Shown in pieces: positions 25,390-38,426 of a stretch of DNA of 64,000 nucleotides. Under the pieces are notes generated by a model that saw nothing but the letters and a program-made list of their open reading frames with translations, made no database searches and was not told the DNA's origin. Source of the stretch: Anthoceros angustus (taxonomy: Eukaryota > Plantae > Anthocerotophyta); NCBI GenBank assembly GCA_010909165.1, contig VJWM01000117.1:372001-436000 (forward strand), written 5' to 3'. Each line of letters opens with the position of its first letter. The stretch's first letter is position 1. Both the position numbers and the translations under genes were made by a program.

Positions 25390-26638
25390 CTAAGATCTAA
25401 TCATTATAATTATTGAGAAGAGCCTTGATTCACGTAAATTTCTAGCAACCTCGTTAGTGCTCATTTGATTGCGACCATTGTGACCGCCTCGCCAAAAGAA
25501 GACCTTTCAACGCTCCTTTTCTCTAACTCGAGTATAGCTCGGCCTCATTGGTAGGTATGTTTGGCCCACAATCTTCCGGTGGGATAACTCGTCCTCATTC
25601 ACGGGTTTGTTTGGGCCATCGGGTTTCTAGGTCATCCTCATTCACGGGTTGGTTTGGGCCACTAGCTTCTAGGTCGTCTCATTCACGTTCGTTTGGGCCA
25701 CAAGCTTCTAGGTCGTCCTCATTGGCCAGGTTCGTTTGGGCCACAAGCTTCTAGGTCGTCCTCATTCACGTTCGTTGGGCCACAAGCTTCTAGGTCATCC
25801 TCATTCACGGGTTTGTTAGGGCCACAAGCTTCTAGGTCGTCCTCATTCACGGGTTTGTTAGGGCCACAAGCTTCTAGATAGCTCGTTCTCATTTTCGTGT
25901 TTTTGGGCCACAAACTTCCTTGCTCTCGGTTTTAGAATTGTACCTACAAAAATTGATAAACGATTTCAAATACTCTTACATATCTTTTAAAACATCTTGC
26001 TGATCGCTTATCACCAAATGACAAAAACTAAAATTGTTACCCATGACGGGGGAATATTGCGAGAAGAATCGTTTGCCATGGTTGTAACATTGTGAGAAGA
26101 ATCATTTTCGTGGTTGTATCATTGTGAGAAGAATCCTTCCAACCGTTCTCCTTTTCTTTGGCACCTTGCAGTGATCTAAACCCTTCCAAGCCACTATGCA
26201 TATACTTGAGGCGCAATAAGTTTTCAAGCTCCTACATCCCTCCGATCCAATGAAAGCGTGATATGCTCCGGATGTCGCGTCGTACATGTTGAATCTTGTA
26301 TCTTGGGAGATAAGAGCGTGTGGTCCCCTGCCATTACATTTGAAGGTAGTAATATCCTCAATGTAGAGCATAGGCGCTAAAAGAGATCAATCAAGTGCAG
26401 ACACCATAGCGTCGATTCACTTTTCGAGCATCAATACTTCGTGCCCTGCATGTGAATTCTTACAACATTCGTTGCAAAATGGATCATCTTGGCATTGAAT
26501 ACAAAACTTATTGCATCCTGATTTTGCCATGTGAGGATGTAACGTGCACTTCTTATGATAGTCATGTTGAACAAATATTGGTAACCAATCAAAAGTGGCA
26601 CCATATCACCTCACTAGAGTTCCAGATCTTGCATACAT
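25390..26638 (-). CDS. PLATZ-like Zn-binding protein with acidic 14-aa repeat tail, copy 1 (frameshifted as assembled)
   Basis: Same sequence as the other copies; Zn motif region 26440-26600; intron ~25946-26040; 42-bp repeats ~25590-25880. Confidence 0.7.
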
Positions 26639-29600
26639 CTCTTCCGACAAAATGTACCATACAAGTTACAATGTAAGATCATTAATACTTTCAACCTTTA
26701 ACACCAAAATTCATGCTAAAAATCAAAAGTAAAACTATATGTAGATTGAACCACTTATACGCAGGTCTAAAAGTAGTATATGTAAATAACCTACTTACAA
26801 AAATAGCCAGAGTCCCAAACAATACGAATAAACATTGTACACGTTTAATCACACATATATAGAGGTAACCAAGCACAATATTTCGATAATAGGGACTTGA
26901 GTGCACATACAATCATTTCGAGATGTAGATCACATTGGATATGAATAAAGTGAAAAAATCCATTATTTTTGTTTACTTTTTATTATCATAATATCTTTAA
27001 TATTATAGCTAGATGTGATAAAACCACTTCATTTAGTATCATGACGATATATGTCGGATTCCCTTTTCTACTACATGATATGGTAGTGTGGAAAGAAACC
27101 CCAAAAGCATTCGTTGAAGGATTGAAGAGCTAGTGGATCAAATTTCAATTTCTTACCACTCTTACAATCTTGTAACAAGGAACATAAACGGACCTAACTT
27201 ATAACGATCACGGGATAGGAATGATGAGGAGACATTATCATCATTGACATTGCACATGGTAATGCTAGTGAAACTTTGAGGGTGCGACCTAGCTAGCTTA
27301 CTCCCCTTTCTTCTCCAACATTGCATTGTTCTTTGTTCGAGGTGTTTGGTATTCAATAAATGTCGCACCATGTGCACATCTATCACACTAAGCTTGCTCA
27401 TCCCGGCCAAAGTTATCCAAGGAACATCATCAATTGATAGAGTCTAACGGGCCCTCTTCTCTGATGTTGTGCACATTTTTCTAGGAAATGATCACCTAAC
27501 TCGAGCGCTCCATGTTCGCTTTGTTCTATTGTTTTTCTAGATAAGAACTTCTAGCTACAATGAAGGACAATGTCGCTCTTACATTAAAACTTCATGCAGA
27601 AGCGGAATGTGAATTAGAACTTCTAGCTACAATGAAGGACAATGTCGCTTTACATTAAAACTTCATGCAGGTAATGTGAATTAGAACTTCCGCAATTAAG
27701 TCAAAGGTGTTTAGATTAGAACAATTCATGCAATCGAGGACAATATTCGCATTACAACTTCTTGTAATTCAAATATAGTTAAGGAATACTTCTATTAAGT
27801 TAGAACTTTATGCACTCATGGCTACAACTTGTGGATTATAACTCCTTGCAATACTTCCAAAGGCATTGTCTAAGGCGGAACTTCTTGAAATCATGGACTA
27901 TATCATGAATGACATGTATCATGAATCGCCTCAATTTGTTGATATGCTTATGAAGCACGTGCATAGCATTTACATCGAGGTAGTGTTGCAATCCGAGTGT
28001 TTAGAGTTTTTGTCTCAAGCTTTCACATGATTTCCTTAGGCTTAGCCATCCTATGTTATGATGTGCAATTGAGCCTAGATCGTCTTGGCAATTTTGCAAG
28101 TCACGGAAAGAAACATTTCCTCTTTGGCTCCTCGAGAGTGGTGATCACTGCCCAAGCTTTCGAATCATGCATGTCATGACTCGTTGTATAAATATTTCAC
28201 GTGCACAACCTTGATCGATAGGTTTAAATTTTAAAAATTAAAATATCAATTAAAACTTTATATTTCATTCTTATAACATTCGATTGAAAAAATTATATTC
28301 AATTCTTGCCTAGCTTAAACTTTAGGATTGCTTTTCTTCGAGTATTAATGTGTATGTCGATGAGCATGGCATGTGGTGCCTTTGAATGAAGCCCGCATTT
28401 ACTCCGTAGTAATAAAGGCTTGCAGCATGTCTTTGCAAGTCACGGAAAGAAACATTTCCCTCTTTGGCTCGGAGTGGTGATCACCATAGCTTTTACTGCT
28501 TTCGAATCATGCATGTCATGACTCGTTGTATAAATATTTCACGTACCTTGATCGTATAGTTTAAATTTTAAAAATTAAAATATCAATTAAAACTTTATAT
28601 TTCATTCTTATAACATTCGATTGAAAAAATTATATTCAATTCTTTGCCTAGCTTAAACTTTAGGATTGCTTTTCTTGAGTATTAATGTGTATGTCGATGA
28701 GCATGGCATACTGAGGTGCCTTGGAATGAAGCCCGCATTTACTCCGTAGTAACCAATAGCGTTGCTGTCTGCAAGTGGAGGACGCCGTCCGCGAATGTGT
28801 CACAATGGATTGATGCAAGCTTCACCGTGAAGGACAAAGTCACGATGATGATGACACGCGCGAGCTAGCTGATCTGCCGAGGGTCGTGGCAAGGGATGGT
28901 AGCTGCAAGCACGAGGCGCTAGCTAGAAGACTAGGCGGGCTAGAGTGAGTGACTAACCTAGGGTCAACTAACCATAGCTAGGCAAACTCTAGTAAAGACA
29001 AGGTCGGTTAAACCGAAACACGTCTTTGGGACAAGGTCGCAGCTACTTAAGCCCGTTCCCAAGAATCAAGACGGACTCTGATACCAAAGACGGAGCCCTC
29101 CGTCCGGATCTCCATCTCCGAAGAGTGATGACATCTTGGTATAAGAGCCGAACCGGACCAGGCACGGGATGACTCCAGCAGATGGCACCGTCTTGGAGTG
29201 GATTAAGAGGCGGTATGGGAGCTCGGGCGGACCATCGAGGAGTGGGGAGAAGCGACGGCGGAAGGATCTGAAGCGGTGTGATCTTTGGACCGAGATTGTT
29301 TGCATCTTGCATTGGCTTGACACCAAGTGAGAAGAGGAAATTTTGAAGGCGCACAAGAGTTTGTGAGGCGGAAGGTGTGGGAAAGGAGCCATGGACTTTG
29401 AAGCCAAGAGCTAGAGCAAGATGCAAGGAGGGACGAATAGGCAGAGTCGCAGGTTTTGGTGCTATATGTGCACGCTCAATGGCTGCCAATAAGTGATTGA
29501 AGAACACCCATGCGAATGACTCGATTCAGTTGGCATTCTATGTCGTAGCACAGGGGCAAGGCGGTGACGTAAGACTCCTAGGAGTCAAGGGCATGTAAGA

Positions 29601-31937
29601 ACTTGGACATCTTGTTGCAAAGCGAAAAAGATAGCAACAAGAGGCCCATGGGCCTCAAGTCGAGGTCAGGCTACTAGACCTAAAGCATGTCACATTGCAT
29701 GTGGGTTGTGAGAAGTGCAAGAATTGCTAGCTTGGCGAGAAGTGGGCGAGAGGTAGGCTCACCTCAAACGCATAGGTTCGAGGCGAGGCGGTAGGAAGTG
29801 GCGGCTCAGTGGCGCTTCCAGTCACCTGGAATGCGCTATATCGATTCTTCTAATTGCAACAAGTCGATCGGTAGCGTCACGTGAGATCCAATCGAGCGCT
29901 TTATTCTTTCAATGATTCTGGTTCCACATGCACCGGATGCGACTTACTAGCATCAAACATCATAGCTGAAATTTTGGAGGAGCAACGTCCATGGATGCCG
30001 AGACACGAACGAAGTCTTGCATGTATCCGAGACAATTGCGCAGCATCTAGGCCATATTATGCGCTTCGAGTCGCCTAGCAAGAACGAGGGCGGGCCGATT
30101 GCTGGTCTCAATAGTGCTCAACTTAGGATTTGCCGAAATTCAAATTGCTCGTTAGTTCGGCGTGCGGCATCTTTCTCTCGCAATACCGTAAACTCACGCG
30201 ATCGCCTACCAGGAGGTCTTGCACGATAAAGGCTATGGTCACACTACCAATCAAACCTCACCGACACATTGGCTAACATGTGTCGTATCGTCAGGATTGA
30301 GATGGCGCTTATGTCTCATGATCAATGAGAAGCGATGGGAAGAGAGCTTATCATGCCACTGGACCTAATGAAAGGAAGGCCCAGCCATACATAAATGCAT
30401 GATGAGCCATGTCCTTGAGCATAGGCTTTGCATTGGGATGAGGGACTTGAATTTGGTGCTATCGGCCTAGAATGGTTTGGTGCCTCAATAGCAATACCCT
30501 CCTCCTGGTTTTTGGACGGACATCCATCCTCGTCAACGTACATGCTTAACCGCTGCTTGCCCTTGGTACTAACTGCATGCATTCCAGCCTAGATGTTAAC
30601 CTCGGCCTTTCACCATATGCAGTTCCTTTGAGTACATCACAGGATGATGAAATACCTCACACCAACTTAAATTAAATTAGTTTTTTTCTTTATTGTGACT
30701 TGTTAAGGTCGATTCAGTTATGTGCAGATTTGTATCTATCTATCTCTTCTAATTGCAACAAGTCGATCGGAGCGACGTGCGTGAGATCCGTGGGCGGCTT
30801 GTTCTTTCAATGATCGGTTTCCACATGCACGGATGCGACTTACTAGCATCAAACATCATAGCTGAAATTTTGGAGGAGCAACGTCCATGGCCAGTTGAGA
30901 CACGACGAGTCTTGCATGTATCCGAGACAATTGCGCAGCATCTAGGCCATATTGCGTTCGAGTCGTCTAGCAAGAACGAGGGCGTGATTGCTGGTCTCAA
31001 TAGTGCTCAACTTAGGATTTGCGAAATTCAAATTGCTCGTTAGTTCGGCGTGCGGCATCTTTCGCAATGCTCAGGCTGTCGCGGCCGCGATTGTGGAGAG
31101 GTCTTGCACGATAAAGGCGTCGCGACTACCAATCAAACCTCTGGACACATTGGCTAACATGTGTCGACGTTCGAGATTGTTAGGCTTATGCTTCTCATGA
31201 TCAATGAGAAGCGATGGGAAGAGAGCTTATCATGCCACTGGACCTAATGAAAGGAAGGCCCGATACATAAATGCATGATGAGCCATGTGAGCATAGGCTT
31301 TCTGATTGGGATGAGGGACTTGAATTTGGTGCTATGCCTAGAATGGTCGTGCCTCGTTGAGCTAGCGACCTCCTCGGTTTTTGGACGGACATCCATCCTC
31401 GTCAACGCATGCTTAACCGCGTGCTTGCCCTTGGTACTAACTGCGATTCAGGTTCTAGATGTTAACCTCGGGCGGCACCATATGCGAGTTCCTTTGGTAT
31501 TCTTATGATGATGAAATACCTCACACCAACTTAAATTAAATTAGTTTTTTTTCTTTATTGTGGACTTGTTGCGATCTTAGTTAAGTGCTTCATGATTTGT
31601 ATCTATCTATCTATCTCTTCTAACGAAAATTATAATTTATAATATTCCATGACTATATTGTGTCTATGTAATGACTAAAGGTACGAATGACTATATATAA
31701 TATATAATGACTGTATGAATTAAATTGAGAAAATATTCAAATTGTTCAATAATAAAATTCATAAACATTAGCAAGTAAGAGAACAAAAGTACAATTTCAT
31801 AACACACCATTTTGCTATAGGTCTAAAACTAAGATAAAATGATCACGCTTACACTTCTAAAGAGGAATGTGTTCGCTTTGAAATATGATTAAGTTGCTAG
31901 TTTTATCTCTTAACATTTGAGACGTGAAAATTTTCAA

Positions 31938-33170
31938 CTAAGATCTAATCATTATAATTATTGAGAAGAGCCTTGATTCACGTAAATTTCTAGCAACCTC
32001 GTTAGTGCTCATTTGATTGCGACCATTGTGACCAGCCTCCGCCAAAAGAAGACCTTTCAACGCCCTTTCTAACTCGATAGCTCGGCCTCATTGTAGGTAT
32101 GTTTGGCCCACAATCTTCCGGGCCGGGATAACTCGTCCTCATTCACGGTTTGTTTGGGCCACTAGCTTCTAGGTCATCCTCATTCACGGGAAGGTTTGGG
32201 CCACTAGCTTCTAGGTCGTCCTCATTCACGGGTTCGCTTTACAAGCTTCTAGGTCGTCCTCATTGACGGGTTCGTTTGGGCCACAAGCTTCTAGGCTGCT
32301 CATTCACGGTTCGTTAGGGCCACAAGCTTCTAGGTCATCCTCATTCACGGGTTTGTTAGGGCCACAAGCTTCTAGGTCGCCCTCATTCACAGTTCGTTAG
32401 GGCCACAAGCTTCTAGTCGGGATAGCTCGCTCTCATTTTCGTGTTTTTGGGCCACAAACTTCCTTGCTCTGCTTTAGAATTGTACCTACAAAAATTGATA
32501 AACGATTTCAAATACTCTTACATATCTTTTAAAACATCTTGCTGATCGCTTATCACCAAATGACAAAACTAAAATTGTTACCCATGACGGTGAATATTGC
32601 GAGAAGAACTGCTCGCCATGAAGCATTGTGAGAAGAATCATTGTCATTTTGTATCATTGTGAGAAGAATCCTTCCAACCTGTTCTCCTTTTCTTTGGCAC
32701 CTTGCAAGGTGATCTAAACCCTTCCAAGCCACTATGCATATACAATTGAGGCCGCATTAAGTTTTCAAGCTCCTACATCCCTCCGATCCAATGAAAGCGT
32801 GATATGCTCCGGATGTCGCTATTCATACATGTTGAATCTTGTATCTTGGGAGATAAGAGCGTGTGGTCCTGGCTATTACATTTGAAGGTAGTAATATCCT
32901 CAATGTAGAGCATAGGCGCTTAAAAGAGATCAATCAAGTGCAGACACCATAGCGCCGATTCACTTTTCAATAATACTGGCCTGTATGTGAATTCTACAAC
33001 ATTCGTTGCAAAATGGATCATCTTGGCATTGAATACAAAACTTATTGCATCCGATTTTGCCATGTGAGGATGTAACGTGCACTTCTTATGATAGTCATGT
33101 TGAACAAATATTGGTAACCAATCAAAAGTGCACCATATCACCTCGCCTAGAGTTCCGATCTTGTATACAT
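31938..33170 (-). CDS. PLATZ-like protein, copy 2 (frameshifted as assembled)
   Basis: ORF track 32920..33141 gives WCTFDWLPIFVQHDYHKKCTLHPHMAKS; 42-bp repeat block ~32130-32415. Confidence 0.7.
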
Positions 33171-36100
33171 CTCTTCCGACAAAACTACAAGTTACAATGT
33201 AAGATCATTAATACTTTCAACCTTTAACACCAAAATTCATGCTAAAAATCAAAAGTAAAACTATATGTAGATTGAACCACTTATCTCAGGTTAAAAGTAG
33301 TATATGTAAATAACCTACTTACAAAAATAGCCAGAGTCCCAAACAATACGAATAAACATTGTACACGCTTAATCACACATATATAGAGGTAACCAAGCAC
33401 AATATTTCGATAATAGGACTCTTGAGTGCACATACAATCATTTTCGAGATGTAGATCACATTGATATGAATAAAGTGAAAAATCCATTATTTTTGTTTAC
33501 TTTTATTATCATAATATCTTTAATATTATAGCTAGATGTGTGATAAAACCACTTCATTTAGTACTCGCGATATATGTCGGATTCCTTTTCTACATGATAT
33601 GGTAGTGTGGAAAGAAACCCCAAAGGTTATCGTGAAGGATTGAAGAGCTAGTGGATCAAATTTCAATTTCTTACCACTCTTACAATCTTGTAACAAGGAA
33701 CATAAACGGACCTAACTTATAACGATGCAGGATAGGACTGATGAGGAGACATTATCATCATTGACATTGCACATGGTAATGCTAGTGAAACTTTGAGGGT
33801 GCGACCTAGCTAGCTTACTCCCCTTTCTTCTCCAACATTGCATTGTTCTTTGTTCGAGGTGTTTGGTATTCAATAAATGTCGCACCATGTGCACATCTAT
33901 CACACTAAGCTTGCTCATCCGCCAAAGTTATCCAAGGAACATCATCAATTGATAGAGTCTAACGGGCCCTCTTCGGCCCCATACAGTACATTTTTCTAGG
34001 AAATGATCACCTAACTCGAGCGCCCATGTTCGCTTTGTTCTATTGTTTTCTAGATAAGAACTTAGCTACAATGAAGGACAATGTCGCTCTACATTAAAAC
34101 TTCATGCGAAGCGTAATGTGAATTAGAACTTCCTGCAATTAAGTCAAAGGTGTTTAGATTAGAACAATTCATGCAAGCCGAGACAATATTCACATTACAA
34201 CTTCTTGTAATTCAAATATAGTTAAGGAATACTTATTGTTGTAGAACTTATGCACTCATGGCTACAACTTGTGGATTATAACTCCTTGCAATACTTCCAA
34301 AGGCATTGTCTAAGGCTAACTTCTTGAAATCATGGACTATATCATGAATGACATGTATCATGAATCGCCTCAATTTGTTGATATGCTTATGAAGCACGTG
34401 CATAGCATTTACATCGAGGTAGTGTTGCAACCGAGTGTTTAGAGTTTTTGTCTCAAGCTTTCACATGATTTCCTTAGGCTTAGCCATCCTATGTTATGAT
34501 GTGCAATTGAGCCTAGATCGTCTTGGCAATTTTGCAAGTCACGAAGAAACATTTCCTCTTTGGCTTGCCGAGAGTGGTGATCACCATAGCTTTTGAAATC
34601 GCTTTCTGGAATCATGCATGTCACTGCTGTATAAATATTTCACGTGCACAACCTTGATCGATAGGTTTAAATTTTAAAAATTAAAATATCAATTAAAACT
34701 TTATATTTCATTCTTATAACATTCGATTGAAAAAATTATATTCAATTCTTTGCCTAGCTTAAACTTTAGGATTGCTTTTCTTCGAGTATTAATGTGTATG
34801 TCGATGAGCATGGCATGTAGGTGCCTTGAATGAAGCCCGCATTTACTCCGTAGTAACCAATAGCGCTTTGCAGTCGCAAGTGGAGGACAGTCGTCCCGCG
34901 AATGTGTCACAATGATTGATGCAAGCTTCACCGTGAAGGACAAAGTCGGCCCTATGATGGACACAACAGCTAGCCGATCTCGTGCCAGTAGGGTCGTGGC
35001 AAGATAGATGGTAGCCAAGCACGAGGGCTAGCTAGAAGACTAGGTCGATTAGAGTGAGTGACTAACCTAGGGTCAACTAACCATAGCTAGGCAAACTCTA
35101 GTAAAGACAAGGTCGCTTAAACTGGGAAACACGTCTTTGGGACAAGGTCGCAGCTACTTAAGCCCTGCTCCAAGAATCAAGACGGACTCGTGATACCAAG
35201 ACGGAGCCCTCCGTCCGGATCTCCATCTCAGAAGAGTGATGACATCTTGGTATAAGAGCAACGACCTGACCGTGCAGACGTGATGACTCCAGCAGATGGC
35301 ACCGCCTTGGAGTGGATTAAGAGGCGTAGTATGGGAGCTCGGAGCGACCATCGAGGAGTGGGGAGAAGCGACCAGAAAGGGAGGTTTTGGGGTCCGTGTG
35401 ATCTTTGGACCAGATTGTTTGCATCTTGCATTGGCTTGACACTGGCGAGAACAGATTTGAAATTTTGAAGGCGCAAGAGTTTGTGAGGCGGAAGGTGTGG
35501 GAAAGGAGCCATGGACTTTGAAGCCAAGAGCTAGAGCAAGATGCAAGGAGGGACGAATAGGCAGTCGCAGGTTTTGGTGCTATATGCGGAGGCACGCTCA
35601 ATGGCTGCCAATAAGTGATTGAAGAACACCCATGCGAATGACTCAGTTGGCATTCTATGTCGGTAGCCTGGGGGCAAGACGGTGTAAGACTCCTAGGGAG
35701 TCAAGGGCATGCAAGAACACGGACATCTTGTTGCAAAGCGAAAAAGATAGGCAACAAGAGGCCCATGGGCCCCAGTCGAGGTCTTGCTAGCCACCAGACC
35801 TAAAGCATGTCACATTGCATGTGGGTTGTGAGAAGTGCAAGAATTGCTAGCTTGGCCTGGCGAAGTGGCGAGATTTAGGCTCGATCTCAAACATTAGGTT
35901 CGAGACGAGGCGGTAGGAAGTGGCAGTTCAAGCGAGTCGGAATGTGCGTTATGGTATCGATTCTTCTAATTGCAACAAGTCGATCAATGAAGCGGCGTCG
36001 TGAGATCCGATCGGAGCTTGTTCTTTCAATGATCCGGTTTCCACATGCACCGGATGCGACTTACTAGCATCAAACATCATAGCTGAAATTTTGAGGAGCA

Positions 36101-37188
36101 ACGTCCATGGACGGTTGAGACACGAACGAAAGTGCCGCATGTATCCGAGAGACAATTGCGCAGCAGCATCTAGGCCATATTGCTCGAGTCTAGAACGAGG
36201 GCGGGCTGTGATTGCTGGTCTCAATAGTGTGCTCAACTTAGGATTTGCCGAAATTCAAATTGCTCGAGTTCGTCTCGCAAGATCTTTCCTTGTTGGGAAA
36301 CCTCGTCACACCGCTAGCATTGTGAGAGGTCTTGCACAACCAAAGGCGTGCGCGACTACCAATCAAACCTCACCGGACACATTGGCTAACATGTGTCGAC
36401 GTCGTGAGATTGTTAGGCTTATGCTTCTCATGATCAATGAGAAGCCGGATGGGAAGAGCTTATCATGCCACGGGATCTAATGAAAGGAACAATGATACAT
36501 AAATGCATGATGAGCCACGTCCTGAGCATAGGCTTAAGGCATTGGGATGAGGGACTTGAATTTGGTGCTATCTACTAGAATGGTTTGCCTCGTTAGCGCA
36601 ATGACCTCCTCTGGTTTTGACGGGACATCCATCCTCGTCAACGCATACATGCTTAACCGTGCTTGCCCTTGGTACTAAGCATGCGATTCCAGTTCCTAGA
36701 TGTTAACCTCGGTGCCTTTCACCATATGCGAGTTCCTTTGGTATTATCATATGATGATGAAATACCTCACACCAACTTAAATTAAATTAGTTTTTTTCTT
36801 TATTGTGGACTTGTTGCTGATCTTAGTTAAGTGCTTGATGCGATTTGTATCTATCTATCTCTTCTAACGAAAAATTATAATTTATAATATTCCATGACTA
36901 TATTGTGTCTATGTAATGACTAAAGGTAACAAAGAATGACTATATATAATATATAATGACTGTATGAATTAAATTGAGAAAATATTCAAATTGTTCAATA
37001 ATAAAATTCATAAACATTAGCAAGTAAGAGAACAAAAGTACAATTTCATAACACACCATTTTGCTATAGGTCTAAAACTAAGATAAAAGCAGATCACGCT
37101 TACACTTCTAAAGAGGAATGTGTTCGCTTTGAAATATGATTAAGTTGCTAGTTTTATCTCTTAACATTTGAGACGTGAAAATTTTCAA

Positions 37189-38426
37189 CTAAGATCTAAT
37201 CATTATAATTATTGAGAAGAGCCTTGATTCACGAAATTTCTAGCAACCTCGTTAGTGCTCATTTGATTGCGACCATTGTGACGATCTACTTCCAAAAGAA
37301 GACCTTTCAACGCCCTTTTCTCTAACTCGATAGCTCGGCCTCATTGGTAGGCATGTTTGGCCCACAATCTTCCTGGATAACTCGTCCTCATTCACGGGTT
37401 TGTTTATCGGGCTTCTAGGTCATCCTCATTCACGGGTTGGTTTGGGCCACTAGCTTCTAGGTCGTCCCCTCATTCACGTTCGCTTTGGGCCACAAGCTTC
37501 TAGGTCGTCCTCATTGACGTTCGTTTGGGCCACAAGCTTCGTCATCCTCATTCACGGTTCGTTAGGGCCACAAGCTTCTAGGTCATCCTCATTCACGGGT
37601 TTGTTAGGGCCACAAGCTTCTAGGTCGTCCTCATTCACGGGTTTGTTAGGGCCACAAGCTTCTATGGGATAGCTCGTTCTCATTTTCGTGTTTTTGGGCC
37701 ACAAACTTCCTTGCTCTCGGTTTTAGAATTGTACCTACAAAAATTGATAAACGCATTTCAAATACTCTTACATATCTTTTAAAACATCTTGCTGATCGCT
37801 TATCACCAAATGACAAAACTAAAATTGTTACCCATGACGGGAATATTGCGAGAAGAATCGCTTGCCATGGTTGTAACATTGTGAGAAGAATCATTTGCCG
37901 TGGTTGTATCATTGTGAGAAGAATCCTTCCAACCCGTTCTCCTTTTCTTTGGCACCTTGCGTGATCTAAACCCTTCCAAGCCACTATGCATATACTTACA
38001 ATTGAGGTCGCAATAAGTTTTCAAGCTCCTACATCCCTCCGATCCAATGAAAGCGTGATATGCTCGGATGTCGCGTCCGCATATTGAATCTTGTATCTTG
38101 GGAGATAAGAGCGTGTGGTCCCCTCATTACATTTGAAGGTAGTAATATCCTCAATGTAGAGCATAGGCGCTAAAAGAGATCGAATCTCGTGCATACCATA
38201 GCGTCGATTCACTTTTGAATAAATAATACTGTGCCCCAGATGTGAATTCTTACAACATTCGTTGCAAAATGGATCATCTTGGCATTGAATACAAAACTTA
38301 TTGCATCGATTTTGCCATGTGAGGATGTAACGTGCACTTCTTATGATAGTCATGTTGAACAAATATTGGTAACCAATCAGGCGGGCACCATATCATCTCA
38401 GCTAGAGTTCCAGATCTTGCATACAT
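37189..38426 (-). CDS. PLATZ-like protein, copy 3 (frameshifted as assembled)
   Basis: ORF 38021..38362 contains CNKFCIQCQDDPFCNECCKNSHLGH; ORF 37803..38024 contains KTYCDLNCKYMHSG..RKVPKKRRTG. Confidence 0.75.
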